NCBI GenBank assembly: GCA_039683575.1
Contig: JBDKRC010000243.1
Coordinates: 21,628 to 85,627 of the forward strand
DNA length: 64,000 nucleotides
Direction of reading: 5' to 3'
DNA from: Armatimonadia bacterium
GTDB taxonomy: Bacteria; Armatimonadota; Zipacnadia; Zipacnadales; UBA11051
The notes under the pieces: model-generated
The model's input: only the letters and a program-made list of their open reading frames with translations
What the model was told of the DNA's origin: nothing
The model's database searches: none
Made by a program: the position numbers and the translations under genes
Part shown: in pieces, positions 37,813-47,409 of the stretch
Layout of the letters: every line of letters starts with the position of its first letter
Numbering within the stretch: the first letter of the stretch is position 1

Positions 37813-39384
37813 ATGTTTGATGTTGAACTCTGGATTAGGGATCATCAAGCTATATCGTTTCTGTTTGGGGGATGTGGACTGGCGGCCGCAGGGGCTCTGC
37901 TGCGCCGGCTCCTCCGTCGGCGCGCCACTAACGCGCCAACTACGGCTGCAAGACAAGATTTCGTGAACGATACCTCAGTGTCCACCGCACCAATCTCCAC
38001 TGTCACTCAGAATCCAGAGACCCATATACAGAACACAATCAATGTGATGGCTCCAGACGCTGCCCCTGTGCCCGTGTCCCAAAATCCAAACGTACAGGAT
38101 TTCAGCAGGAGCCACGAACCCAACGACTTATCTGGCGAGGCACAAGACACACGAATGCAGGCGCTGGATGCCTTGGGAGTAATAGCCCTATACCCAAACG
38201 TCACTGAACATGGCGGGCAGATGGCATCCGCCATTCGTGTTTCGAAAACCATCCACATCATCGCCTGCAGCGGGTATGGCTCGGTAACGGCCTACGATCA
38301 GGACCTCGAGAAGGCTCTGAGCGATGGCGCCCACATCACCGTCTTTCTGGCAAACCCACATGGCCCTGTGTGCGGTGGTTTGTATGATACCGAAGAAGAC
38401 CTCACTCGCGACGATGCTGACAGAACGCGTCGCCGATATCTGACGCTGCGGACGAAGGCCAACGACAATACGCCCCGCGGGGTAGAACCAAGGTTCTGCA
38501 TCGAATTAAGAGTATACCAGACGCTCGGCTTCTGCCTTGGAGGCATAATCTGCGATAGCCGCGGATGGTACATGCCACGCATATTGCCTTTAGAACCACT
38601 GAATACCACCACGCTGGATATCGTTCCCGAGGGCATGCTCTGGCACCATCTGCAAGAGCACTTGCGATGGCTCAGGAAGCCAGCGGTGAGCTTCCCGTGT
38701 GCACTAGACGCGCCCATCCCTGTGGCAACTTTCGCCATGGAGAAGTGGGTGACGGTGACGCCGGAGAACGCGCATCAGGCATTCCTGCCAGGTGATCTCA
38801 TCCTGAGAAAGGAAGGAACGATGGCAGCCTGGGTCGATCTGCCATCTCCGAACGAACGTGCACAGGCAACTAACAACAAGTTCCTCTGGGCCGCAACAAA
38901 GGTCTGTGGCGGTGACATCCTTGACGGAACGTGCCTGTACTACTCCCCGAAGACCGACGACAGGGGCACACCGAGATGGGTTAACTGCGCCGCTTCAGGC
39001 ATGATAGAGCGTGTACTCCCTGTTCAGGATCCACCGGCATACACAAACCACAGAGTGACCGCAGACATTGGATGCACGGATGGTCTATCCGCAGGACCAC
39101 ACCATTTTGCCGTTACGTGGACCCACAGGAGCAAACCCGCCATCTACCTATGGATAGACGGGCAATGTGTAGCTGAGGGATCGCTTGCCGCCGGCGGGGA
39201 TTCAGTGTGGCCGCAGAGTACTGGCTCGCGGCTGTGCATCGGCCACTTCCCGACGATGGGAACATGGTTCTTCCTCAACTGGCCATTGACAGGATTCGCA
39301 TTCTTCGACCAGGCCCTCAGCGAGGGCGAAATCGCTGCATGGAAGAAACATACTCTCTCAGTGGTGCGACACGATCGGGACTAG
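37813..39384 (+). CDS. accessory hypothetical protein: N-terminal TM, PLD-like/DUF5919-like middle, LamG/ConA-like C-terminus
   Basis: 523 aa ORF, visibly more AT-rich codon usage than neighbours; ITVFLANP, IELRVY; HHFAVTW, LWIDG, FFDQALSEGEI. Confidence 0.6.
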   Translation: MFDVELWIRDHQAISFLFGGCGLAAAGALLRRLLRRRATNAPTTAARQDFVNDTSVSTAPISTVTQNPETHIQNTINVMAPDAAPVPVSQNPNVQDFSRSHEPNDLSGEAQDTRMQALDALGVIALYPNVTEHGGQMASAIRVSKTIHIIACSGYGSVTAYDQDLEKALSDGAHITVFLANPHGPVCGGLYDTEEDLTRDDADRTRRRYLTLRTKANDNTPRGVEPRFCIELRVYQTLGFCLGGIICDSRGWYMPRILPLEPLNTTTLDIVPEGMLWHHLQEHLRWLRKPAVSFPCALDAPIPVATFAMEKWVTVTPENAHQAFLPGDLILRKEGTMAAWVDLPSPNERAQATNNKFLWAATKVCGGDILDGTCLYYSPKTDDRGTPRWVNCAASGMIERVLPVQDPPAYTNHRVTADIGCTDGLSAGPHHFAVTWTHRSKPAIYLWIDGQCVAEGSLAAGGDSVWPQSTGSRLCIGHFPTMGTWFFLNWPLTGFAFFDQALSEGEIAAWKKHTLSVVRHDRD

Positions 39385-39430
39385 CGAGCGCGCGTTGCCA
39401 GGGTCAGCAAAAGCCGACGGGGAATTGCAG

Positions 39431-39558
39431 GGAGCTCATCTTCGCAGCCCTCGAAAGTCGCTGGGACGGGGCGGAAGGTGGCGCTGCCGTTCACGCCGCC
39501 GCGCGCTCCGCAGGAGCGCATGGGCAAGCGGCCGATTGAGTTGTGGCTGAAAAGATAG
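39431..39558 (+). pseudogene. degenerate duplicate of the 3' end of the Gfo/Idh/MocA gene 36680-37759
   Basis: Aligns with 37648-37759 (ELIFAA..S/GTGRKVALPFTPP...GKRPIELWLKR*), with a 1-nt frameshift and a short in-frame insertion. Confidence 0.85.
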
Positions 39559-39594
39559 AGCATGCCAGACACCGCGGGGTGTTCAGCAGAGTGA

Positions 39595-40503
39595 TTGCGG
39601 GCTCCGGAGGTCAGGCCACTGTCGAGTGTACAGAAGACCCCAAGTAGGCTCAGAGCCCTGCAACACGCAGGTGCCCGCGTTGCCGTGCGCGGTCTCGTCG
39701 CCGTCGCCTTGTTGTTAGTCTATGAGTTGCTTTGGGGAAAGCTCTTCCCCTTCTCGCCGGTCGCATTGGGGTTCGAAAGACACGAACTCACCCACACCGT
39801 CGTCTTCGTACAGAGCGGAGCCGTCTTCAGAGACTTCAGCCAGGTTGACGGTCTGGTCCCGGAGGTGGAGCGCACGCATGCGCTGGGATTTCTGTGCAAG
39901 CCTCGCCTGTTCGTCTTCCGGGATGGGGCGGCCTACCTTCGGCGATCTACTTCACGGGCTCGGTTTTGCGCCTTCCCCGGTGGAGCTTTAGTCATATCGC
40001 CCTGGGCTCAGCGCGAGGCCCGGGAAGGCAGGATTTCCCTGTCCATCTACCTGACACATGAGTTGTCCCATGTGTTGGTCTTTCAGCATGCGGGCTTCCT
40101 GCGGTCGCTTCGGCTCCCGAAATGGCTGTTAGAGGGGCTGGCCACCTACACAGCACATCAGATGGGCACATCCTTCTACCCCGACAAGCAGCGGACCTAC
40201 CGGCTGCTGAGCGAGGGCAATTTCATGCCTCCTCTCCTATTCGATACCCATGCGGGGGACCAGATTGAGCTTCACGTGAAGTACCCCCAGGCCTTCATAT
40301 ACTCTGAGTTTGCTTGTCTGGTGGACTACCTGATCCAGACTCGAGGGCGCGACAGGTTCCAGGGCTACTTGGGGCGCCTTACAGAGGGCGACGACCAAGC
40401 GGCAGCCTTCGAGGAAGCCTACGGGATAGCACTGGATCAGGCTGTTGGGGAATTCATGGATCAGGTCCGACAGCCTGCGAAACATGGGGAAGCGGCCGAT
40501 TGA
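39595..40503 (+). CDS. membrane-anchored peptidase MA-like zinc metalloprotease (start uncertain)
   Basis: THELSH (HExxH) followed by LPKWLLEGLATY; N-terminal TM helix. Confidence 0.78.
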   Translation: MRAPEVRPLSSVQKTPSRLRALQHAGARVAVRGLVAVALLLVYELLWGKLFPFSPVALGFERHELTHTVVFVQSGAVFRDFSQVDGLVPEVERTHALGFLCKPRLFVFRDGAAYLRRSTSRARFCAFPGGALVISPWAQREAREGRISLSIYLTHELSHVLVFQHAGFLRSLRLPKWLLEGLATYTAHQMGTSFYPDKQRTYRLLSEGNFMPPLLFDTHAGDQIELHVKYPQAFIYSEFACLVDYLIQTRGRDRFQGYLGRLTEGDDQAAAFEEAYGIALDQAVGEFMDQVRQPAKHGEAAD

Positions 40504-40522
40504 GTTGTGGCTCAGAGGCTAG
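40484..40522 (+). repeat. third copy of the Gfo/Idh/MocA 3' end
   Basis: ATGGGGAAGCGGCCGATTGAGTTGTGGCTCAGAGGCTAG = MGKRPIELWLRG*; 23-bp core identical to 37724-37746 and 39526-39548. Confidence 0.88.
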
Positions 40523-40553
40523 TCGCACCTTACAACGAACCGAGGAACTACCC

Positions 40554-42467
40554 ATGTCTCACCTCTGGCTGGAAGCGGAATCGTTCAATGAGCTTGGCGG
40601 CTGGGTTATTGACGAGCAGTCGATGGATCAGATGGGCTCAGCATATGTCATGGCCCACGGCATGGGGGTGCCGGTGCAGGACGCGGAGACCGTCTGCGTC
40701 GTGCCCGAGTCCGGCCAGTGGACCGTATGGGTCCGCACCCGCGACTGGACCGCGCCGTGGGGGCGCGGCACCTCTGGCGGAACCTTCAAGGTCAGGATCA
40801 ACGGGACCCTCCTGCCGGAGACTCTGGGGACGAACGGGGCGGAGTGGGCCTGGCAGAAGGCGGGCGTCATCTCGCTGGAGCAGGGACCGGCCACAGTCGC
40901 CCTGCATGACCTGACCGGCTTCAACGGTCGCTGCGATGCCTTGTACCTGACCTCCGCCCCCGCTGACGTTCCGCCAAATGAACCCCGCGCGCTCAGTGAG
41001 TTCCGCAGGGCCGCGTCAGGAATCGTCTGCACGGACGACCCCGAAGTCTACGACCTGGCCGTGGCCGGCGGAGGGATTGCCGGGATCTGTACGGCCATTG
41101 CCGCCGCGCGCACCGGGGCCAAGGTTGTCCTGATCCACGACCGGCCGGTCATGGGCGGCTGCAACAGCTCGGAGATCCGCGTCCCCCTGGGCGGGCTCGT
41201 CCACGTGCCCCCCTATCCGCAGCTCGGGAACGTCGTCGAGGAGATCTCTCCCATCACAGGCAGACCGGGGGTCCTCCCGGCGGAGTTCTACGAGGACACC
41301 CGGAAGGCAAACGTCTTCCGCACCTTGCCCCCTGAGCAGTACCGGCTCATCCTCAATGCGAGGGTCGTGGCGGTGGAGAAAGACCCCGATGACCCGCAGA
41401 AAATCGCGGCCTTCGTGGCGCGGGACATCCGTACCGGGGCGGAGACACGCCTGCGGGCGCGGCTGTTTGCCGACTGCACGGGCGACGCGGTCATCGCGCG
41501 CATGATGGGCGCCGAGGTCATGTACGGGCGCGAGCCCCGCGACAAGTTCGGCGAGTCTCTGGCCCCGGTCGAGGGCGACGACGAGGTCATGGGCATGTCG
41601 GTCATCTGGTGCTCGGACCAGGGCGAGGAGGTGACGTCCTTCCCCGACATTGACTGGGGGCTGGAGATCACCGAGGACAATGTCTACTACATCCGCAGCG
41701 GTGACTGGGAGTGGGAGACCGGCCAGTACCGCAATCAGGCCGATGAGACCGAGTACATCCGCGACTACGGGCTGATGGCCATTTTCGCGAACTGGTCCTA
41801 CCTGAAGAACCACTCGGAACGCCAGGCGGAGTGGGCGCGGGACCGGCTCGCCTGGATCACACCCCTCGGCGGGAAGCGGGAGAGTTACCGTGTGGTCGGC
41901 GACTACATCATGACACAAAGCGATATCGAGGGCGAAACGGTCCAGCCGGACGCGACCGCCTCGATGACGTGGAGCATTGACCTGCACTTCCCCGATCCGG
42001 AGCACCTTGCCAAGTTCAAAGAGCCCTTCCGCTCCTGCGCCTACCACCGCAATCTCATGAAGCCCTACCCGGTACCGTACCGTTGCCTCTACTCGAAGGA
42101 CGTGACCAACCTGTTTCTGGGCGGGCGCATCATCAGCGCCTCCCACGTGGCGTTCGGGTCGGTACGGGTCATGCGCACGCTGGGGATTCTGGGCGAGGTA
42201 ATCGGCATGGCCGCGACGATCTGCGCCAGGGAGGGCCTTTCCCCCCGGGACGTCTACCTGTCGCGGCTTGATGAACTCAAGAAGATGATGGAGCAGGGCG
42301 TGCCGCCCCCCGCGACGTACCATCCCGGAGGGACCGGCAGGAAGTACGAGGGGTATCACTTCGCGGAGATTGGACATCTGGGTGTCTATCCCGACCGCCA
42401 CGAGAAGCTGGACGACCCAGAGGTGGCAAAGCGCGTCAAGGCACTGGGCCTGCAGCACATGGAGTGA
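40554..42467 (+). CDS. FAD-dependent oxidoreductase (FAD_oxidored family) with N-terminal beta-sandwich
   Basis: DLAVAGGGIAG, DRPVMGGCNSSE, FADCTGD, GKRESYR, PYRCLYS, GRIISASH, RVM; GAGGA RBS. Confidence 0.9.
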   Translation: MSHLWLEAESFNELGGWVIDEQSMDQMGSAYVMAHGMGVPVQDAETVCVVPESGQWTVWVRTRDWTAPWGRGTSGGTFKVRINGTLLPETLGTNGAEWAWQKAGVISLEQGPATVALHDLTGFNGRCDALYLTSAPADVPPNEPRALSEFRRAASGIVCTDDPEVYDLAVAGGGIAGICTAIAAARTGAKVVLIHDRPVMGGCNSSEIRVPLGGLVHVPPYPQLGNVVEEISPITGRPGVLPAEFYEDTRKANVFRTLPPEQYRLILNARVVAVEKDPDDPQKIAAFVARDIRTGAETRLRARLFADCTGDAVIARMMGAEVMYGREPRDKFGESLAPVEGDDEVMGMSVIWCSDQGEEVTSFPDIDWGLEITEDNVYYIRSGDWEWETGQYRNQADETEYIRDYGLMAIFANWSYLKNHSERQAEWARDRLAWITPLGGKRESYRVVGDYIMTQSDIEGETVQPDATASMTWSIDLHFPDPEHLAKFKEPFRSCAYHRNLMKPYPVPYRCLYSKDVTNLFLGGRIISASHVAFGSVRVMRTLGILGEVIGMAATICAREGLSPRDVYLSRLDELKKMMEQGVPPPATYHPGGTGRKYEGYHFAEIGHLGVYPDRHEKLDDPEVAKRVKALGLQHME

Positions 42468-42491
42468 GTTGCCTCTTTACGCGCCGCTCCC

Positions 42492-44777
42492 CTATCCTCC
42501 CGCCTTCGCCACCGGACTCACCACCAGCTTGCAGAAGAACGTGAACGGAGCGTTGAACCCGTCGAAGAACATGATGAGCTTGTGGCGTCCCGCGGGTATC
42601 TGGACCGTCTGCTTGCCCACGGACTTCTGCGGGGTCCGCCAGCCCGCACCCGAGTTCCACGACGCCGGGAGCTTCCAGTCCACCAGCTTGGGCCCGACCA
42701 CGCCGGTCTCTCCGAGGCACAGACGGATGGTTCCTTCCCGCGCGCCTTCCTCCGGCTTGAGGCCCTTGGTCGAGTAGTCGGGCCGGTTCATGAAGAGTTC
42801 CGCCTCATACTCGCCAGCCTGGGCTACCTCAACCTCATAGCAGATCCACCGGGCACGGTCGCCGCCCACTTCCACCGCTTCCTCCATCGCCCCTATCTCC
42901 GTCTTCCGCCATTCGAGCCGGGCGTCGCTTGGCCCGAGCGCAGAGCTGCGGAAGGCCACTCCGTTCCCACCCTCGTCATAGTAACCGCCCCGAACGGTGC
43001 CGGGAATCGCCTGTGGCTTGCCCTGATAGGGCGTTCCCGTGTACTCCTTGCCGGTCATCAGCTCCATCTGGATGGGGGCGGACTGGCCGATCAGGCCGGC
43101 GTCGTCCTGAGCCATGGCGATGATCGTGTTGGTGGCTCCGGGAAACAGGTTGGTGACGGTGAAGGTAGCCTTGGCCTTGGTGGCGTCCACCTTCTGCTCG
43201 GCCCGGACGCGGCCCATCGAGAAGAGCAGAATGGACTTGACCTTGCCGCGGGAGGCGGTGGCCGACACGTCGAAGCTCACCGGCTCGCCCTCCTTGAACG
43301 GTCCCTTACCCTTGACGCCGAGCGTCACCGCTGGCAGTTTCCGGGCGCCGGTATCCTGGTCATAGACGCGCACATAGTCCACGACCAGGCGGTCGGGCAA
43401 CTGCGCGTCCTCCAGGCGGCCGTAGAAGGGCCGTTCCTTCTCGGTCTTCGGCGTCCTCAGGCAACCGCTGATCCATAGCTTCTGCGGGACGTTGGTCATT
43501 GGGACCTCGCGGTAGGTCTGCCGGAGCGTCTCCTGGCCGTCCACGTAGAAAATGTGCTCCAGCGGCGTCCACTGGAAGCCCACGGTATGCCAGCCCTCGT
43601 ATTGCTCCATGACCGCCTTGCGGCCGCTGGAGGTCCGCCCCAGCCTGGTGCTGCCGAGGATGCCTCCCTCGCCGACACCCTTGGCGTTGCCCTGATCGTC
43701 CAGTCTGGTCAGCTTGACCGCGCAGTGGTAACAGTGACTGATGTCATTCTCCTTCTTGGGCTTGTAGAAGTCCTCGAAGATGTCGAACTCCTGGGAATTG
43801 ACAAACCCATCCACTCCGCAGTCGTAGGGGTATCCGGCCATCCAGACAGCGGTCCACCAGCCGGGCTGTCGCGAGAACTGCACGCGCGTCTCAAAGTAGC
43901 CGTACGCCTTCTCAAAGAAGCTGTTGATGCTGCCGAAGTGGCGCACCGTGCCGTCAGGGTCGCGTGTCAATTGCAGCACGAGCGAGCCCTGCCCATCGAG
44001 GAACAGGTTGTCGCGGGAGGGGCTGGTCTTGAAGCCAGGCCATTCCCAGGCGCTCTCGGGCTGGACGTTCCACTTCTTGGTATCGAGGGTCGTGCCGTCA
44101 AACTCGTCGTTCCAGACCAGCTTCCACTTCTTGCCGGCTGGCGGCCCTTCGCGGTAACCGGCCTTGGTGACTTGGGCGACCTGGGCCGAAGCAGCGGCAG
44201 CCTTCTTGATCGCCGGATTCTTCAGGTCCAACGGCCCGCCGACCGCCAGTATGGCCGAGCCGGAGCCCCGCACCATGCGGAGGGCGAGCACGTGATCTCC
44301 CTTCGTCAGTTCCACCGTGGCGACGAAGTCGTGGATGCTCGGCGGCCAGACCTCGTTGCCCTGATCGCGGCTGAGGGTCTCGGAGATCAGTTTGCCGTCC
44401 AGGTAGGCTTCGTACCACCAGTCCGCGCCGAACCCGAAGGTGGCCGGGCCGGCTTTGTCTGCTGCGAAGGTCAGGTAGACCCAGGCGGTGTTGCCGACCT
44501 CCGCACCGCAGAACGGCGCGCAATCGAGGCAGCGGCGGGCATCAAACGTCGCGGTTCGCCCCATCACGCGCTTCTCGCCGATCACCAGCGTCTCCGGTAC
44601 GCGGCGCAGCAACTCCGGCGCGGGTACGCCGTCCTCACGGGCGAACGGTCCAAAGACAACACACTGCGCGGGCAGCGCCACGTCGCCCTTGGGAATCACG
44701 TTCTGGGCCTGGGCCGTTGCCGCCCAGATCGCGATAGGGAGTAAGACGCCCGACAAAACTCGGAAGGAAGGCTTCAT
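42492..44777 (-). CDS. secreted glycoside hydrolase family 16 multidomain protein (PA14-like, GH16, Ig-like, CBM6-like)
   Basis: WKLVWNDEFDG, YGYFETR, GWWTAVWM, catalytic EFDIFE, WHTVGFQWTP, VDYVRVY; AAGGAG RBS before ATG 44777. Confidence 0.88.
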   Translation of the reverse strand: MKPSFRVLSGVLLPIAIWAATAQAQNVIPKGDVALPAQCVVFGPFAREDGVPAPELLRRVPETLVIGEKRVMGRTATFDARRCLDCAPFCGAEVGNTAWVYLTFAADKAGPATFGFGADWWYEAYLDGKLISETLSRDQGNEVWPPSIHDFVATVELTKGDHVLALRMVRGSGSAILAVGGPLDLKNPAIKKAAAASAQVAQVTKAGYREGPPAGKKWKLVWNDEFDGTTLDTKKWNVQPESAWEWPGFKTSPSRDNLFLDGQGSLVLQLTRDPDGTVRHFGSINSFFEKAYGYFETRVQFSRQPGWWTAVWMAGYPYDCGVDGFVNSQEFDIFEDFYKPKKENDISHCYHCAVKLTRLDDQGNAKGVGEGGILGSTRLGRTSSGRKAVMEQYEGWHTVGFQWTPLEHIFYVDGQETLRQTYREVPMTNVPQKLWISGCLRTPKTEKERPFYGRLEDAQLPDRLVVDYVRVYDQDTGARKLPAVTLGVKGKGPFKEGEPVSFDVSATASRGKVKSILLFSMGRVRAEQKVDATKAKATFTVTNLFPGATNTIIAMAQDDAGLIGQSAPIQMELMTGKEYTGTPYQGKPQAIPGTVRGGYYDEGGNGVAFRSSALGPSDARLEWRKTEIGAMEEAVEVGGDRARWICYEVEVAQAGEYEAELFMNRPDYSTKGLKPEEGAREGTIRLCLGETGVVGPKLVDWKLPASWNSGAGWRTPQKSVGKQTVQIPAGRHKLIMFFDGFNAPFTFFCKLVVSPVAKAGG

Positions 44778-45016
44778 CCTGACCGTCTCCTTGTCCACTG
44801 CTTTGAGTGGGTTCACACGGACCGCGCACGCAGGCGGTTACAACTAACCTGGTGCAATTCCAGAGATCCCCCCGCGCTACCTTCATCGCCATGGCTCGCA
44901 GTCATCATTGGGGTTCCAAGCAGGTGCGCAGAGACAGGGGACGAAGGTTGGAGTTGAGCGACATGTACCGCACCTGCGCAGGGTCAGTTGCGAGGGGTCT
45001 GCCAGAGACAGCCAAT

Positions 45017-46285
45017 ATGAGTATCCTGACGCCAGATCCCGCACCCTTCGACGACCTCATCGCGCAGGCTCGCGCCGAGGGGCACACTGGCTTCGCCGAC
45101 CGGCTGGATGATCTGCTTCATCACACAGCATGGACGACGGGCTCGGAGTTGCTTGGTGAACTCGGTCTGGCGATCCGCAAGTTCCAGCGGACGCGGCCCC
45201 GGCTCAGTCCTGGCTTGCGGCAACTGCTGCGCGATTGTCTGCGTTCCACGAGGCGCGGTTCGTCTGCGTCGCCACTACCTCAAGATGGCGCTCACTTGCA
45301 GGGCAACCTCCGGGCCAAAGGGTCTCGCTGGCGCGTCATAGTGATGGCCGCGGTTCTAGTCGGCGCGGTCCTGGGTCTGCGCTATTGGCTCGCGTACCAT
45401 CGCCCCATCGGCACCGGACCAGCGGGGCCTCCGGTGCCTGCCGAGCCGTTCGGCCACGCCTGGGACATGGAACCTGTGCTGCTGCTGGGCCTTGGCGATA
45501 GTGTCACCGCTGGTCTTGGGGCCGCTTGGGGCTACAGCTACTTCGCCCGGTTGGCTGACAATCCAGCCGATGAGTTCGCGGACATGCGCGGGCGCTGCCT
45601 GCGTCGCGTTTTCCCCAGCCTCTCCACACTGAATCTGGCGGTGTCAGGCAGCACGAGTCCTCAGCACGCTCAGAAGCAGATTCCGCGTATCCCACGACAG
45701 GGCCGCGAGACTCTCGGCTGGGTCGTCATGACCACCGGCGGCAATGATCTGATCCACAACTACGGTCGGGGACCGATCGAAGAAGGCGCGCTATACGGGG
45801 CCACTTACGAGCAGGCCCGGCCGTGCGTCAGTAGCTTCGAGTCACGTCTAGGCCGGATGCTCGACGCTGTCGACGAGCGCTTCCCTGGTGGCTGCCACAT
45901 CTTCCTTGCCAACATCTACGATCCGACGGACGCTGTGGGCGACCTGCAGCACGCGATGGCCTCACTGCCACCGTGGCCTGACGCGGTTCGGAGCCTCAGC
46001 GCCTACAACGAGGCAATAGGCCGCTGCGCCAGCAGGCGCCCAAACGTCCATCTCGTTGACATGCGCGCCGCTTTCCTGGGCCATGGCATCCACTGCAGCG
46101 AGTTCTGGGGAAGACACTATCAGCGAAAGGACCCGACCTACTGGTACTTCGACAACCTGGAAGACCCAAACCAAAGGGGATACGACGCCATTCGTCGCCT
46201 GTTCCTGCTCGAGATGATCGAGGTGGCCAGGGGCCATGGAGGGTCACTCAGGGCCCCGGCCGCTGCGAAAGTGGGGGGCAGATAG
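45017..46285 (+). CDS. membrane-anchored SGNH/GDSL hydrolase-family protein (start uncertain)
   Basis: LGDSVTAG, NLAVSGS, TGGND, NIYDP; block V reads EDPNQRGY. Confidence 0.75.
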   Translation: MSILTPDPAPFDDLIAQARAEGHTGFADRLDDLLHHTAWTTGSELLGELGLAIRKFQRTRPRLSPGLRQLLRDCLRSTRRGSSASPLPQDGAHLQGNLRAKGSRWRVIVMAAVLVGAVLGLRYWLAYHRPIGTGPAGPPVPAEPFGHAWDMEPVLLLGLGDSVTAGLGAAWGYSYFARLADNPADEFADMRGRCLRRVFPSLSTLNLAVSGSTSPQHAQKQIPRIPRQGRETLGWVVMTTGGNDLIHNYGRGPIEEGALYGATYEQARPCVSSFESRLGRMLDAVDERFPGGCHIFLANIYDPTDAVGDLQHAMASLPPWPDAVRSLSAYNEAIGRCASRRPNVHLVDMRAAFLGHGIHCSEFWGRHYQRKDPTYWYFDNLEDPNQRGYDAIRRLFLLEMIEVARGHGGSLRAPAAAKVGGR

Positions 46286-46369
46286 CCGCAGCGCCACAAA
46301 GCCGATTGCGCACGGGTGGTGGCTGTGCATATACTCTGGCTGGTTGTGTACATAAAGGAGGTCGGTCTG

Positions 46370-46500
46370 ATGCGCTACCTGTCGCTCGTCGTCCTGATTC
46401 TCGCCGTCTCGGCAGTCCGGCTGCCCCCACTGTTGTCGTCAATGGCAAGCAGGCCACGGTCTCGGTGGTAGACGTCGAGGGTAAGGTCTACATCAACAGC
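46370..46500 (+). pseudogene. frameshifted, truncated remnant of a secreted protein (copper-amine-oxidase N-terminal-like segment)
   Basis: AAAGGAGG RBS, ATG 46370, signal peptide MRYLSLVVLILAVSAV, then AAPTVVVNGKQATVSVVDVEGKVYI in another frame. Confidence 0.55.
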
Positions 46501-46553
46501 GCGGCTGGCGGCGGCCAGAGGTCCGCCATGGCGCCGCAGCGAACTCTGCCCGG

Positions 46554-47273
46554 TCAGAATACAGAAGTCTGCACTTGCCTGACCACGGTCATGCTCCATT
46601 GCATCAGCGCATCTTGGTTCATGACGTATGCCCGCATATCGCCGAACGCGCCGCCGAAGCCCGCCGCCCCGCCGATCCGCACCAGTTCCGCCCGCTGGTT
46701 TGGTGTGCCGTGATGCAGAGGTGAACCTAGGGCCAGATCCCCCATGTTGGCAGCCGCCACAATGCTGGCGAGTGCCAATGCCTGGCTCAGCGCCGGGTGC
46801 GCGCTCCTAATGCGCAACCCGGTCCAGTACCCCGCGAGAACATCCGCCTGCATCTCCGTGTCCGTGCCGGGCGGCGGCAGCCCCATGCCATGCTGCAGCC
46901 AGTACCGGAACTGGAAGTGGTGCATGAATTCGTGTGCCTCGGTAAAACAGATGGCGACAGCACCACCCAGGAGGCCTGCCTTGTCGATCTGCAGTTTGCA
47001 CGCCCAGTCACCCATGACCACCATCGGCATCGGGGGCGGGAACGCCTGTGAGTTATTGTCAGGGCTGAAGACGATTGGAAACGCCGACATTCCCATGCCC
47101 TGCACGAGAAGTTGCCCCTCATTCAAAACCATTGCATCAACCGGTAACACTGGGTTGGGCGGACGAAGACTTGCCGGGGCACCTCCGCCGTACTGTATGC
47201 AGTACTGCGGACAAGCAGCGCTCGCCAGCAGGAGCAGCCCCAGAACCGCCATGTACCGTATCATCCCCATCAC
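46554..47273 (-). CDS. secreted neutral zinc metallopeptidase (YpfJ-like)
   Basis: AHEFMHHFQ, EMQADVLAG, HGTPNQR motifs; signal peptide. Confidence 0.8.
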   Translation of the reverse strand: MMGMIRYMAVLGLLLLASAACPQYCIQYGGGAPASLRPPNPVLPVDAMVLNEGQLLVQGMGMSAFPIVFSPDNNSQAFPPPMPMVVMGDWACKLQIDKAGLLGGAVAICFTEAHEFMHHFQFRYWLQHGMGLPPPGTDTEMQADVLAGYWTGLRIRSAHPALSQALALASIVAAANMGDLALGSPLHHGTPNQRAELVRIGGAAGFGGAFGDMRAYVMNQDALMQWSMTVVRQVQTSVF

Positions 47274-47409
47274 CCTTCCGTGTCCCCTGTAGGACTATGG
47301 TGCGAACACATGGGCACCATAGAAGGGACGCATCTGCAGGTCCTGGAGTTCGCGCGTACTACGTGCTACCATTTTCCACACGCCATTACGGATAGAGAGG
47401 CGACCCACA

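Noticed and set aside
37724-40512. 23-bp repeats as CRISPR repeats or integron attC sites
   Set aside because: Spacing is 1-2 kb, the repeat is protein-coding sequence and not palindromic, and no integron integrase is visible
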